This document shows positions 29,822 to 39,540 of a DNA stretch of 64,000 nucleotides, piece after piece (the stretch's first letter is position 1; each line of letters begins with the position of its first letter). Made by a program: the position numbers and the translations under genes. The notes under the pieces are model-generated. The model was not told where the DNA came from and did not search any database. It saw nothing but the letters and a program-made list of their open reading frames with translations. This DNA is from Pseudomonadota bacterium (GTDB lineage Bacteria; Bdellovibrionota_B; Oligoflexia; Silvanigrellales; Silvanigrellaceae): assembly GCA_039799905.1 (NCBI GenBank), contig JBDLRP010000045.1:32564-96563 (forward strand), read 5' to 3'.

Positions 29822-30698
29822 TCATTCTGAAAACTGACAACAATTTATGCGGCGAAAGTTCTTCCGGGCGTTGTGTGAAATGAACACCCAACTCCTCGGA
29901 AGCTTTGCGTTCCAGCAGTGCCGCCGCGTCGTCGTTGAATTTGGCGCCGTGCATTTCATTGGCGATATGCGAAAGGGTCTTGCGAAGCATTTTTCGTCTG
30001 GCACTAAAAAGGGTTGCAGTGAATCGGCCGAATGTTTCGTTTTCTGTTTCGAGCAGCGACGGCTTTTCCAGAGGTACCAGCTCGACCACCGCAGAATCTA
30101 CCTTTGGTGGCGGAACGAACGCCTTTGCCGGGGCGATGAGAACTTGCTCGACGTCACAACTGAGTTGAGCCCTGACTGTCAAACGCCCATAACTGCTGTC
30201 GCCGGGTGCTGAAGACAGCCGCTCGCACACCTCTTTCTGCACCATCAACAATGCAGCCGAAAAGTTCTTTTGCCTTGCCAAAAACCAAAACAAAATGTCG
30301 CTGGTGATGTAGTAGGGGATGTTTCCAATGCACAGTGGAGTGTTCGCTTTGAGGTGAGCGAACTGATGCGTATCTGTCCGGAGGATGTCGGCCTCGAGAA
30401 CAGAAAAGCGGTCTTTGAATTCTTCACCCAGACTGAGCTTCAGCCCCTGCACTGCGCGCGGATCTTTCTCAATTGCGCAAACGGTCCAGCCCGCCTCGAG
30501 CAGTTTTCGCGTGAGTGCGCCCGAGCCGGGACCTATCTCAATGCAGGCACGGGCTGACCTGTCCGCATGTCTTTCTGCACGGGCGACAATGGCGGCAAGA
30601 ATTGATTGATCGGCGAGAAAATTTTGGCCGAGATTTTTTTTTGTCTCGAGTTCAAAGGAAAATCCATCGCCGCGTGCAATGCGCTTATTCTGTTTCAT
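29805..30698 (-). CDS. rsmA: 16S rRNA m6,2A1518/1519 dimethyltransferase
   Basis: KKNLGQNFL, IEIGPGSGALT, GNIPYYITS, MVQKEV, YGRL, FVPPPKVDSAV. Confidence 0.96.
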   Translation of the reverse strand: MKQNKRIARGDGFSFELETKKNLGQNFLADQSILAAIVARAERHADRSARACIEIGPGSGALTRKLLEAGWTVCAIEKDPRAVQGLKLSLGEEFKDRFSVLEADILRTDTHQFAHLKANTPLCIGNIPYYITSDILFWFLARQKNFSAALLMVQKEVCERLSSAPGDSSYGRLTVRAQLSCDVEQVLIAPAKAFVPPPKVDSAVVELVPLEKPSLLETENETFGRFTATLFSARRKMLRKTLSHIANEMHGAKFNDDAAALLERKASEELGVHFTQRPEELSPHKLLSVFRMIKGLL

Positions 30699-30708
30699 TA
30701 TCGAACTT

Positions 30709-31818
30709 TCATACCGGTTCGCCGTAGCGTGAAAAAGGATGCGGTGAACGCAACGCGCTTTCTGGCAGCAACGCCTGTAAGCCAATCATGGTCGCATTGT
30801 CCGAACACAGACTGAGCGGAGCAAAGCGGACTTCAAGAGAGGTGGCTTGTGCCATTTTTTCTCTGAATTGCTGATTGGCAGCAACACCTCCCGCAACAAG
30901 AATCGAGCGGACTTCGGGATATTCCCGCAGAGCATTTTTCAATCTATCGATCAGCTGTCCAAGCGCGGCCTCTTGAAAGGCTGCGGCAATATTGGCTTTG
31001 ACTTCGTCAGGCAGACCAGCTCCTTGGATGCGGCCTTGCGGATGTCCCAGCAGGCGGCGGACGGAATCGAGAACCTGAGTTTTCAATCCGCTGTAGCTGA
31101 ATCCAAAGCGGTTGCTCTTGTCGGACAAAGTTGATGCAAATTTGAACGCAGGCGCCGCCGCATTTGCCTGCTTTGCAAGTGTCTCGATGTGCGGTCCACC
31201 TGGGTAGGGCAGGCCCAGCAGCTTGCCGACCTTGTCAAACGCTTCTCCGCATGCGTCATCGGCCGTCTGGCCCAACAACGTTCTTTGATGTGGCAGAGTC
31301 AGATAACTCAAATGGCAGTGTCCGCCGCTGACAGTCAGAGCCAATGCGGGAAATTCAGGTAACTCTGCGTCGAGCCATGCGCCAACGTCGTGTGCGGGAG
31401 TGAAGTGCCGCAGGAGTATTGCGGGTGCAAGATGCGCGTCGACATGGTTGATTCCAATGAGCGGTATACCGAGCGAAAGCGACAAGCCCTGCGCAAATAA
31501 AGTGCCGACCATCAGAGCGCCAATAAGGCCGGGGCCGAGCGTTACGGCAATTCCCTGCAGCAGCGAGCTGTCGATACCTGATGTCTCGAGAGCTTGCTCA
31601 GCAAGCGGAGTGATGCGCAGCAGGTGATCGCGCGCGGCAACCTCCGGAACAACTCCACCGAATGCGAGGTGGGAGGTCTGACTTTCGACGATGTGAGCGA
31701 GGATTCGAACCTTCTGCGGTAACCGCCCGGCATCTGAGTCGGTATATTGAGCCTGAACAACTGAAACTGACGTTTCGTCACAAGAGGTTTCAACTGCCAG
31801 AAGGGTTTTGATGATCAC
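30709..31818 (-). CDS. tsaD: tRNA N6-threonylcarbamoyladenosine synthesis protein
   Basis: ETSCDET, GGVVPEVAARDH, GPGL, VSGGH, DDACGEAFDK, FSYSGLK, GGVAAN, DNATMI. Confidence 0.96.
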   Translation of the reverse strand: MIIKTLLAVETSCDETSVSVVQAQYTDSDAGRLPQKVRILAHIVESQTSHLAFGGVVPEVAARDHLLRITPLAEQALETSGIDSSLLQGIAVTLGPGLIGALMVGTLFAQGLSLSLGIPLIGINHVDAHLAPAILLRHFTPAHDVGAWLDAELPEFPALALTVSGGHCHLSYLTLPHQRTLLGQTADDACGEAFDKVGKLLGLPYPGGPHIETLAKQANAAAPAFKFASTLSDKSNRFGFSYSGLKTQVLDSVRRLLGHPQGRIQGAGLPDEVKANIAAAFQEAALGQLIDRLKNALREYPEVRSILVAGGVAANQQFREKMAQATSLEVRFAPLSLCSDNATMIGLQALLPESALRSPHPFSRYGEPV

Positions 31819-32709
31819 CTAGACTCCCAAGCGCGTAAGCCGTTCTTTCGAAGCCTTGCATTCCGCTTTGTCGGGATACAGACGGACGCATTCTGAGTAC
31901 AAAGCCTTCGCAGCACGCAGTTGCTTGAGATACACACAGCTGTCTCCCGCAAGCAACAAGGCGCGCGGTTTTCTTTCAAAACTGGGGTATTTTTCAATTA
32001 TTTCCATGAGATCAATTGCTGCTTTGTCGTAGTTTTGCAATTGAAACTGCGCCTCGGCTCGAAATTCCATTGCAAGAGTTTTCATTGCCTCAGAAGATGA
32101 ACTGCCAATCACTCCGGTCGCAATCTTGACGACCTTCGCGTATTCCTTTTGCGCATATGCGGAGCTCAGTTGCTTGGCGAGTTCTTCACGGTTTTTAACG
32201 CTCAGTGGGCTTTTAGCCTTGCCGTTGGAGTCGGTTGCGGTCTTTGCCAGCAGCTCGGTCTTGGTCAGTCGCTTTTCAACTTTGTTTTGCCAGTCGTCGA
32301 GCTCGGACATTTTCGCCACGGCGGAATCATCGCTGAGCGACTTTGCATTCAGGCTGCCAGAGTTTGCTCCATCCTGTATGCGCATCATTTTTACGCGCAA
32401 TTCGTCGATGGCTCCCTGAGTCATACCCAGCTGGCGCCGCACTTCGTCGAGCTCGTTCTTGGCGGTCAGATACTTGCGTGAAGACTCTTCGGATGTGTTT
32501 TTAACCGCATCCACAGTTCGGTCCCGCAGATGGACTTGTTTTTCCATTTCAATCAGCCGGATCTCCAAAGATTTCAGCTGGGCGTTGAGCTCCTCTTCAC
32601 GCTGGGACGTCATGCATGCCGTGTTCAGCAGACTGAAGAGGCCTGCTCCGAGCAGAGAAAAAGTTCGGATTATATGTGTTTTACGGGTACTATTGTCGTT
32701 TTTACTCAT
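31819..32709 (-). CDS. CpoB/YbgF-like coiled-coil plus TPR lipoprotein
   Basis: Lipobox-like NTAC; coiled coil; C-terminal TPRs (IEKYP....P.ALL..G, YP...E...SKERL). Confidence 0.7.
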   Translation of the reverse strand: MSKNDNSTRKTHIIRTFSLLGAGLFSLLNTACMTSQREEELNAQLKSLEIRLIEMEKQVHLRDRTVDAVKNTSEESSRKYLTAKNELDEVRRQLGMTQGAIDELRVKMMRIQDGANSGSLNAKSLSDDSAVAKMSELDDWQNKVEKRLTKTELLAKTATDSNGKAKSPLSVKNREELAKQLSSAYAQKEYAKVVKIATGVIGSSSSEAMKTLAMEFRAEAQFQLQNYDKAAIDLMEIIEKYPSFERKPRALLLAGDSCVYLKQLRAAKALYSECVRLYPDKAECKASKERLTRLGV

Positions 32710-32928
32710 GTTCAGCCATCCGTTTTTGTCAAAACTAAGGCGCAGGTTTCATCAATGTTGCAAAGGGGCCTTGAGAACCCATCCGAGGACAACATACCCT
32801 TAAAGAGCGATGAATTCACCCTCCGCGTGCTCGCTTTTTTGCGGGCGCGTGAATCGGGGCGGAGCATCGTCTGGCGAATGTCGATTGACTTCTGCCTGTC
32901 GGCTCTACAACCGTTGAAAGGTTTGAGT

Positions 32929-33570
32929 ATGCAGCTCCTGCAAAAATCGCGATTTTTGGTCGACGGACTGAATGCCATCATGAATGACATCCGCGAGCTT
33001 CCCGAGGCTGTCCGCGGCAAAGATCCTGCAGCCCGCTCCACGGCCGAAGTTCTGCTGCTTTATCCGGGTGTCAAAGCCGTCTTGTTGCACCGCGTTTCGC
33101 ACGCGCTCTGGCAAATGGAGGCGCAGCTTCCGGCGAGATTTTTGTCCGAAATCGGTCGCACCGTCACCGGCGTCGAAATTCACCCCGGTGCATCGCTGGG
33201 CAGAAGAGTTGTTATCGATCATGGAATGGGCACGGTCATTGGCGAGACGGCCGTTGTTGGCGACGATTGCCTCATTTTTCAGAACGTCACGCTCGGTAGT
33301 TCCAGATACCGCCAAGGCCAGCGGCATCCAACGCTTGAGCGCGGCGTCGTGGTTGGAGTGGGAGCAACTGTCATTGGTCCGGTTCATGTGGGTGAAGAGG
33401 CCAAGATTGGTGCAGGTGCTGTCGTGGTTGGTAATGTGGAGGCCAACACAACCGTCACGGGTATTCCCGCGGTCACAAAAAAGCGCCGTGAGCCGGAGTC
33501 GCGTAATTCATCGCCTATTCCGTTGCACGGAGCGCATGGACAACGCCGCGAACGATCCGCAAAAGAATAA
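32929..33570 (+). CDS. cysE: Serine O-acetyltransferase
   Basis: DPAARS..EVLLLYPG, TGVEIHPGA, IDHGMG.VIGETA, RHPT; hexapeptide repeats. Confidence 0.95.
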   Translation: MQLLQKSRFLVDGLNAIMNDIRELPEAVRGKDPAARSTAEVLLLYPGVKAVLLHRVSHALWQMEAQLPARFLSEIGRTVTGVEIHPGASLGRRVVIDHGMGTVIGETAVVGDDCLIFQNVTLGSSRYRQGQRHPTLERGVVVGVGATVIGPVHVGEEAKIGAGAVVVGNVEANTTVTGIPAVTKKRREPESRNSSPIPLHGAHGQRRERSAKE

Positions 33571-33648
33571 TGCCTGCCCACCCGCCATGTTTTAAAACTT
33601 GAAACAGGGCAGACTTTAAATACTTGAACTGAAAATTTCACACATGAA

Positions 33649-34551
33649 TCATGGCTGTACGGTGGGCGTGTTGCTTCCCGCATCCGGAGCCTGCGGCTGA
33701 TTGGCGGGTTCTTCCGCATTTTGTTCCTTTGCTTCTTCGTTTGGAACAAAATCTGTCGGCGTATCATAGAGAATTTTAATATCCACGCGGCGGTTCATAC
33801 TTCGGTCCTGCGGGGTATCGTTGGAGGCAACTGGCTGGGTATCTGCAAAACCTGCGGCGTAAATCGATTTGGGATTGTACTTGTGCTGGGCGATAAAGTA
33901 ACGGACCACCGAAGATGCGCGTGCTGAGCTCAATTCCCAGTTGGTCATGCCATTCAGGTTGAAGGGCAGGTTATCCGTGTGGCCCTCGACCCTGACCTGA
34001 CGCCCGATATTTTTAACGGCAACCGCAACGCCATCAAGAACCGCCTGCGCCTCTTTTGTGAGTGTCGCCTGATTCGGATTGAAAAACTTGCGCGCAAGCA
34101 GCGTCACGCGAATTCCGTCGTTGTCTTTGTTGACAAACACGAGCCTATCTTCGGGCTTCATGTTTTGTGCTTGCGGAAAGTCTTTTGATCCATAAAGACG
34201 TTCAGAGAGCTCGCGCTCCAGTTTGGCGCTGTCGGCCGCAATGATGGCAGCCATTTCACGGCGGGTTCTGGTTGCGACCTGTTCGCGGTTCGTGTTGCCT
34301 TTGATGTGGCGGAATATTCCTCTTTTCATGTCGACACCGCGCGGAATACCTTCCGGCATTGTCTCATCATCAAATTCGTTTGAAAAAGCCCGCTGGATTG
34401 AAATTTCGACTTTCTTGGCCTTTGATTTGTCGAGGTTGGCCATCGCATAAAGCACCACAAAGAGCGCAAACAGCAGGGTCATCATGTCGGCGAAAGCGAC
34501 AAGCCAGCGCTCATGGTTCTCAAATTCAGGGCATTTTTGTTTCTTAGCCAT
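33649..34551 (-). CDS. motB: Flagellar motor stator protein B
   Basis: HERWLVAFADMMTLL; OmpA-like VEGHTDN, NWELSSARA, NRRVDI. Confidence 0.95.
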   Translation of the reverse strand: MAKKQKCPEFENHERWLVAFADMMTLLFALFVVLYAMANLDKSKAKKVEISIQRAFSNEFDDETMPEGIPRGVDMKRGIFRHIKGNTNREQVATRTRREMAAIIAADSAKLERELSERLYGSKDFPQAQNMKPEDRLVFVNKDNDGIRVTLLARKFFNPNQATLTKEAQAVLDGVAVAVKNIGRQVRVEGHTDNLPFNLNGMTNWELSSARASSVVRYFIAQHKYNPKSIYAAGFADTQPVASNDTPQDRSMNRRVDIKILYDTPTDFVPNEEAKEQNAEEPANQPQAPDAGSNTPTVQP

Positions 34552-34614
34552 CCGACAACCTTTCGGCAAAGTCCGGCCTCTGCAGCCTTGCGGTCATGCA
34601 GATGTGCTTCACAA

Positions 34615-35361
34615 TCAATGACCGCCGTGCATGCCGCGCAGACGCTCGGCAAGTACTTTGGGGCTGTGGCTTTGAGCGATTCCGAGTACGCCAATCATTG
34701 CCATTTCGCGCGCCACTTTTTTGTGGTGGCACATGCGCTTTATTTTTTTACCGGCTGGCAGTGCGAACAAGTTTGCGATGGCCACACCGTAAATTGTTGC
34801 AATAAAGGCCGTCGCAATACCCGGACCAATCGCGTCCGGGTTACTGAGGTTCGCCATCACGACCATGAGTCCAAGCACGGCGCCGATGATACCCACCGTC
34901 GGTGAGAACGCACCTGCGTCTTCCCAGAACTTTGCGGCGATTTCCTCTTCTTCATATAGAAGCGCGATTTCGCCTTCGAGTACTTCTTGAATCACGTGCG
35001 GTTCGGTGTTGTCGACGAGCATTTGAATGCCCTTGGCAAGAAACGGATCGGTCAGATTGGCGACTTCTTTTTCGAGCGCAAGAAATCCGTCCTTACGGGC
35101 CAGCTGCGCGAGTTTTTCAACGTCTGCAATGAGCTGTTCAGTATTGATCTGCGGACCTTTGAGGAACAAACCGAGTGATTTGAACGAGTGGATCATGTCC
35201 GCCATCGGGTAGGCAACCGTGACGGCCGCGAAGGTTCCGAGCCCCACGATCATCAGCGCGGAACCACCCCACAAAGCGATGATTGGCAGGCCTTTTAAGG
35301 CAGCAGTACCAAAAATCGCGACAATTCCGAAAACCGGACCAAGTATACTGGAGAGTTCCAT
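34615..35361 (-). CDS. motA: Flagellar motor stator protein A
   Basis: ARKDGFLALE, PTVGIIGAVLGL, AFIATIYGV..ANL..LP...K. Confidence 0.95.
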   Translation of the reverse strand: MELSSILGPVFGIVAIFGTAALKGLPIIALWGGSALMIVGLGTFAAVTVAYPMADMIHSFKSLGLFLKGPQINTEQLIADVEKLAQLARKDGFLALEKEVANLTDPFLAKGIQMLVDNTEPHVIQEVLEGEIALLYEEEEIAAKFWEDAGAFSPTVGIIGAVLGLMVVMANLSNPDAIGPGIATAFIATIYGVAIANLFALPAGKKIKRMCHHKKVAREMAMIGVLGIAQSHSPKVLAERLRGMHGGH

Positions 35362-35448
35362 CCGCTACCCCCGCACAAGCCAATGGAATCGTACCAGATT
35401 TGCGCTTTGGCAGAGGTGGAGGTTTTGACACGGAAAAAAGGGAGCGGA

Positions 35449-36297
35449 TCAGTCGCGGAAAAGGTTTTTCAGAACGAAGAAGATGTTCTCTTTGCGCTCT
35501 GCGAGCCGACGCGAATAATAGGCCTGCCAATGCTCTCCGTAGGGAAGGTACACAGTCATGTTGTGCCCCTGATCTGCGATTTTTTGCCATGTTTTGGCAC
35601 GCATGCCGTAGAGCATTTGAAATTCATAACGCTCCTTTGGAATGCTTTCTGTGCGAATCACATCCTGACAAAAACCAATCAACGCATCGTCGTGCGTTGC
35701 CAGACAGACGCGGTTGGCCTCTTTCAGCAGACGGCGCGCGTGCTTCTTATAGTTTTCGACGATGTCGTCCATCTTTTGCAGCGCGTGTTCGGGCTTTTCT
35801 TTGTATGCACCCTTGCAAAGACGCAGCCGGCCGTTCGCGCGCAAAACACGCTCAATATCCTGCTCCGTTCGGTGCAGGTAGGCCTGCAGGACGATTTCGG
35901 GAGATTTGAACTGCTGTGCTGCAGCTTCGTAGATGCGCAGCGTGCGTTCGGTGTAGGGCGTACCCTCCATGTCGAGTGCGACCCGATTTCCCAGTTTGTC
36001 TGCCTTACTGAGAATCATTTTCAGATTTTCAAAACAGACGTCCTCATTGATGTCGAGGCCTAACATGGTGAGCTTGACCGAGACGTGCGAACTCAATTTG
36101 CCTTCCTGAATGCGGTCGAGCATGTCGACGTATTCATCCGTGCAACTTTTCGCTTGCTCGAGGCTCGTGATGTTTTCGCCAAGAAGGTCGAGCGTGACGG
36201 AAATGTTTTTTGCATTCAAAGTCACGACCTGTTGGAGAGCTTCCGCCATTGTCGCGCCCGAAACCCAGCGCCGAGCATAAAATGGAATTCCTGACAT
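35449..36297 (-). CDS. Monofunctional proline dehydrogenase
   Basis: TLDLLGE, SVKLTMLG, LDME, VLQAYL.RT, RLCKGAY, ATHD, EFQMLYG, YLPYG, RRLAER. Confidence 0.95.
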   Translation of the reverse strand: MSGIPFYARRWVSGATMAEALQQVVTLNAKNISVTLDLLGENITSLEQAKSCTDEYVDMLDRIQEGKLSSHVSVKLTMLGLDINEDVCFENLKMILSKADKLGNRVALDMEGTPYTERTLRIYEAAAQQFKSPEIVLQAYLHRTEQDIERVLRANGRLRLCKGAYKEKPEHALQKMDDIVENYKKHARRLLKEANRVCLATHDDALIGFCQDVIRTESIPKERYEFQMLYGMRAKTWQKIADQGHNMTVYLPYGEHWQAYYSRRLAERKENIFFVLKNLFRD

Positions 36298-36306
36298 GGT
36301 GTCCTC

Positions 36307-36341
36307 AAAAAAGAAAAGACGCAGCCCCTGCGGACTGCGTC
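36307..36341 (-). terminator. Terminator-like hairpin directly upstream of the proline dehydrogenase SD
   Basis: GACGCAG-N10-CTGCGTC stem followed on the minus strand by TTTTCTTTTTT. Confidence 0.55.
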
Positions 36342-36409
36342 CTCTCATCTTCATCAAACGGACAGGCAGGTCAAGCCACTAAATGAGACCGTGCCTAAAT
36401 TAAACCGAA

Positions 36410-36715
36410 TCAGCGAGTCTGGTTGGGCTGGTTTGCATCGCGCAGGTCAGACATCAGTTGATTGATGCGCTGAATGCTGGATTTGATGCGCTCAAGCCGC
36501 GAAGCCAGCTCTTCTTCTTTGCGCCCTGATGGAAGGGAATTGTCCCGTGGCAGGGTTTCATCGCCAAGTACGAAGGTATCCTGCACGCCGCGCCGCTTGT
36601 CACCTGTCATCGATTTCTTCAGCCGGAATGCCTGGAGATCGACGACGACAGCGCCCTCTTGGGCGACGTTCGCAGCAGCTTCAATCGGAAAACGGTCGAA
36701 AGTATTGTTCTGCAT
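36410..36715 (-). CDS. Hypothetical protein (101 aa, C-terminal coiled coil)
   Basis: ATG after GGGG; LASRLERIKSSIQRINQLM heptads. Confidence 0.7.
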   Translation of the reverse strand: MQNNTFDRFPIEAAANVAQEGAVVVDLQAFRLKKSMTGDKRRGVQDTFVLGDETLPRDNSLPSGRKEEELASRLERIKSSIQRINQLMSDLRDANQPNQTR

Positions 36716-36791
36716 GGTTTACCCCACTAAACCCCAGAGACGTTTACGAGTGCCGCTTGTTCCGGAGCCGGACCTCCGGTCAGCACCCTGT

Positions 36792-37010
36792 TTACTTAAT
36801 CCGGTAACTCTTCAACACATTCTTGTTCGCCTGCTCGCGCTCTTTGCGCAGCCTCTGCTGGTTCTGGCGGTTGCGTTCGGCAACGTCCGAAAAGCTGCCG
36901 ACGTTCAGCTCAGCTGCAGAAGAAGATTGTTGTCCAGAATCACCTCCTCGCGATGTTTGCCCTGCTTTTGCAGGAGCGCGACGCGAGAACAGGTTGATGA
37001 CGTTATCCAT
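36792..37010 (-). CDS. Small hypothetical protein (72 aa; MDNVINLF...NKNVLKSYRIK)
   Basis: ATG 37010 after AAGGAG; charged helical C-terminus. Confidence 0.75.
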   Translation of the reverse strand: MDNVINLFSRRAPAKAGQTSRGGDSGQQSSSAAELNVGSFSDVAERNRQNQQRLRKEREQANKNVLKSYRIK

Positions 37011-37098
37011 ATGAATGACTCCTTCAACCAAGTGTTTCCGAAAAACGGAGTTGGCTACATGCAAAGCCTCTTTTCAGAGGCTGGCCTGCGTGGGGTTT

Positions 37099-37115
37099 AG
37101 CAGGATATATGCCAA
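37099..37115 (-). promoter_or_regulatory. Candidate sigma54 -24/-12 promoter
   Basis: TTGGCATATATCCTGCT on the minus strand: GG-N10-GC spacing; AT-rich upstream region. Confidence 0.55.
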
Positions 37116-37320
37116 TTCACCGCGTCCGATTCCGGAACCAGTAAATACAAGTAATTAACCCAAAAATAGCACTGGGAGACTTGAAAAAGCCTCTGTAAAA
37201 AGAGTTGTCAGTGCTCAACAGCGTTATGGGCACGTAGCTAAAAAAACAGACCTGTTCAAGAGTTTGTCAGGGTTTTTTATTGATGAATAAATATGCGTAA
37301 AATAAGGGTTATTGTAGGGT

Positions 37321-38343
37321 TTACCACCAACTAACCGTAATCCTGAGGGTTGTCAGCAGAAGATCGGTCTGCATTGCAACCGACACGAGATGTCGAGGTT
37401 TTGCAAGCCATTGAGCTGTTTGGGTGATTTTTTTGAGGATAGAGTATTTTTTGTCGACAGGCGCAGAACCCACCTCAATAGCTGAGACCGGCCTCATTTC
37501 AAGAAGGCGTGCAAATTCTCCAGTAATTACAGCAAGAATGGTCGAAAGAACGAGAAATCTTGTGGAGTCGGCCAGAACGGCTGAAAACTTCGGGGGAGGA
37601 GCTCCATGTAACTGGAATATCAGGGCGGCCAGAACCAAAATCCCGCAGCAAAGGACCACAATCTTCAATTTGAAGTTTTTATACTTGAAGTCGGTGCCTG
37701 TCAGCATCTCTCTAATAAAGACGACACAAGAGGCAAAGGCGACAAGAAGCAACCCCTTGAACGAGAGCTCTGATTGACCTTGGGGAATGGCCAATACCGC
37801 GACATAGAGTAATAATATACCAAGCGCTTTTAGCAGGTTAGAAGGATTGTTGGAGGAACGACCGATCTCCTGTGAGGCTAAATGGCTCCCGAGCTGGCGC
37901 GCTCTTAAGGTAAAGCTCTCGCGGTTTGAGTGATGGGTCCTCCTGATGCGGGGCCAAAGCCCGCCGCGGGGACGTCGTACCACCTCCTGCTCCCATTTCT
38001 TGACCGTCGACCAGTCGAGGGCAATCGCCGGCCATAAAACGATGCGCAGTATCAGAGTCAGTCCAAGCAAAAGCGGCTCTGCATGACTCAGACGCAGCGG
38101 AACGTTTTGCGACGGCTGGGGGATCAATGCCGAGAGGATCGGTAGGGCCGCGGTCAGTCCAACGACGATCGACAAAAAATAGAGCGGAAGCGCAGCGCCT
38201 CCGCCGAACAAAATGACATTGGCCCAAATGCGGGCACGGATGAAACGCGCGGATGCGAATGCCTGCTGTTGATTCAGAATGATCAGCGCCAGTCCGAAAA
38301 CAGCCGTCAGAATCGCGGCCGCACTTACTTCAGAAACTGACAT
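37321..38343 (-). CDS. Hypothetical multi-pass membrane protein
   Basis: About 7 hydrophobic segments; no family recognised. Confidence 0.6.
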   Translation of the reverse strand: MSVSEVSAAAILTAVFGLALIILNQQQAFASARFIRARIWANVILFGGGAALPLYFLSIVVGLTAALPILSALIPQPSQNVPLRLSHAEPLLLGLTLILRIVLWPAIALDWSTVKKWEQEVVRRPRGGLWPRIRRTHHSNRESFTLRARQLGSHLASQEIGRSSNNPSNLLKALGILLLYVAVLAIPQGQSELSFKGLLLVAFASCVVFIREMLTGTDFKYKNFKLKIVVLCCGILVLAALIFQLHGAPPPKFSAVLADSTRFLVLSTILAVITGEFARLLEMRPVSAIEVGSAPVDKKYSILKKITQTAQWLAKPRHLVSVAMQTDLLLTTLRITVSWW

Positions 38344-38582
38344 TCGCTCAAAGTGGTGTTGGTTCCGTCCGGACTTTTCACCAAATTTTCATCGCGCGAC
38401 AGGATTGCGGGCGGATGATTGCGCGCCTCGAACAAAGTGACGCCGCAATGCGGACACAGAACTTTGGTTTCTGGCACCGGCGACTGACCCTCTTCATAGG
38501 CAATGTGAAAACGACGGCGGCAAACGGAATTGTCGATCTCTATTTTTTTGTAGGCCAAAGCCTGTGATTGGGGCGAGTTCAT
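38325..38582 (-). CDS. Small zinc-ribbon-like protein (85 aa)
   Basis: 3' end of track ORF 38325..39353; ATG 38582 after TTGGAGG; NSVC...CPHCG. Confidence 0.7.
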   Translation of the reverse strand: MNSPQSQALAYKKIEIDNSVCRRRFHIAYEEGQSPVPETKVLCPHCGVTLFEARNHPPAILSRDENLVKSPDGTNTTLSECQFLK

Positions 38583-38717
38583 GTCGGAGGTCCTCCAAGC
38601 GGTGACAACTGAGTCGTACCGCACTTCCCGATGCCTTTCAATGTAGCTTGGTTGTCGGAATGCGAATGAAAGGGTTATATGAAAGCCGTTCAAATCGAAA
38701 ATCGAGGAGGTAGAACG

Positions 38718-39518
38718 ATGGCAACCGGACTTTTGAGCGGAAAGCGTGGCATTATTTTTGGTGTTGCGAACAACAAATCTCTTGCTTGGGCTTGCGCGCA
38801 GGCCTGTGCCGCCGAAGGCGCTTCTCTGGTGTTCAATTTCTTGGGTGCCGCTCAGGAGAAGCGCCTGAATGATCTCATCGCCGAACTTCCGAATGCCAAA
38901 GCAAAAGGCTGCGATCTTTCCAAGGACGACGAGCTCGAAGAATTTTTCAGCTGGGTGCGCAGCCAGTGGGACAACGTTGATTTCGTCATTCACTCGGTCG
39001 CCTACACCGACAAGGAATGTCTCAAAGAGCCATTCGTCAATACATCCCGTCAGCAATTCATGTCGACAATGGACGTGTCCGCATTCACCCTCGTTGCCGC
39101 AGCGCGTCATGCGGCACCGCTGATGCGCAACGGTGGCAGCATCATCTCGATGTCTTATTATGGGGCAGAGAAAGTTATTCCCAACTATAACGTGATGGGA
39201 GTTGCCAAGGCTGCACTCGAAGCCTGCAATAGATATCTGGCAGAAGACTTGGGACCGCAGGGAATCCGTGTGAATACCATCAGTGCGGGACCTATCCGGA
39301 CACTCTCCTCGAGCGCCATTCCAGGCATGCGCAACATGCTCGACTATAGCCAAAAGTTTTCTCCGTTGCGGCGGAACATCACCGGCGAAGATGTTGCACG
39401 CTCGGCGCTCTTTCTTTTGTCGGACTTGGGTTCGGGAGTCACCGGCGAGACATTACACGTCGATTGCGGCTACCATGTGATGGGAATGTTCCGCGAGGAG
39501 TCGTCCCCGCAGGCTTGA
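38718..39518 (+). CDS. fabI: Enoyl-ACP reductase
   Basis: GVANNKSLAW, HSVAY, YYGAEKV.PNYNVMGVAKAALE, ISAGPIRTL; GAGGAGG SD. Confidence 0.97.
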   Translation: MATGLLSGKRGIIFGVANNKSLAWACAQACAAEGASLVFNFLGAAQEKRLNDLIAELPNAKAKGCDLSKDDELEEFFSWVRSQWDNVDFVIHSVAYTDKECLKEPFVNTSRQQFMSTMDVSAFTLVAAARHAAPLMRNGGSIISMSYYGAEKVIPNYNVMGVAKAALEACNRYLAEDLGPQGIRVNTISAGPIRTLSSSAIPGMRNMLDYSQKFSPLRRNITGEDVARSALFLLSDLGSGVTGETLHVDCGYHVMGMFREESSPQA

Positions 39519-39540
39519 GCAGATATCATCTGACACGGGG

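Noticed and set aside
38583..39353. Long antisense ORF 38325..39353 as a 342-aa protein
   Set aside because: Shadow of fabI; only the last 85 codons, which have their own SD, look real.
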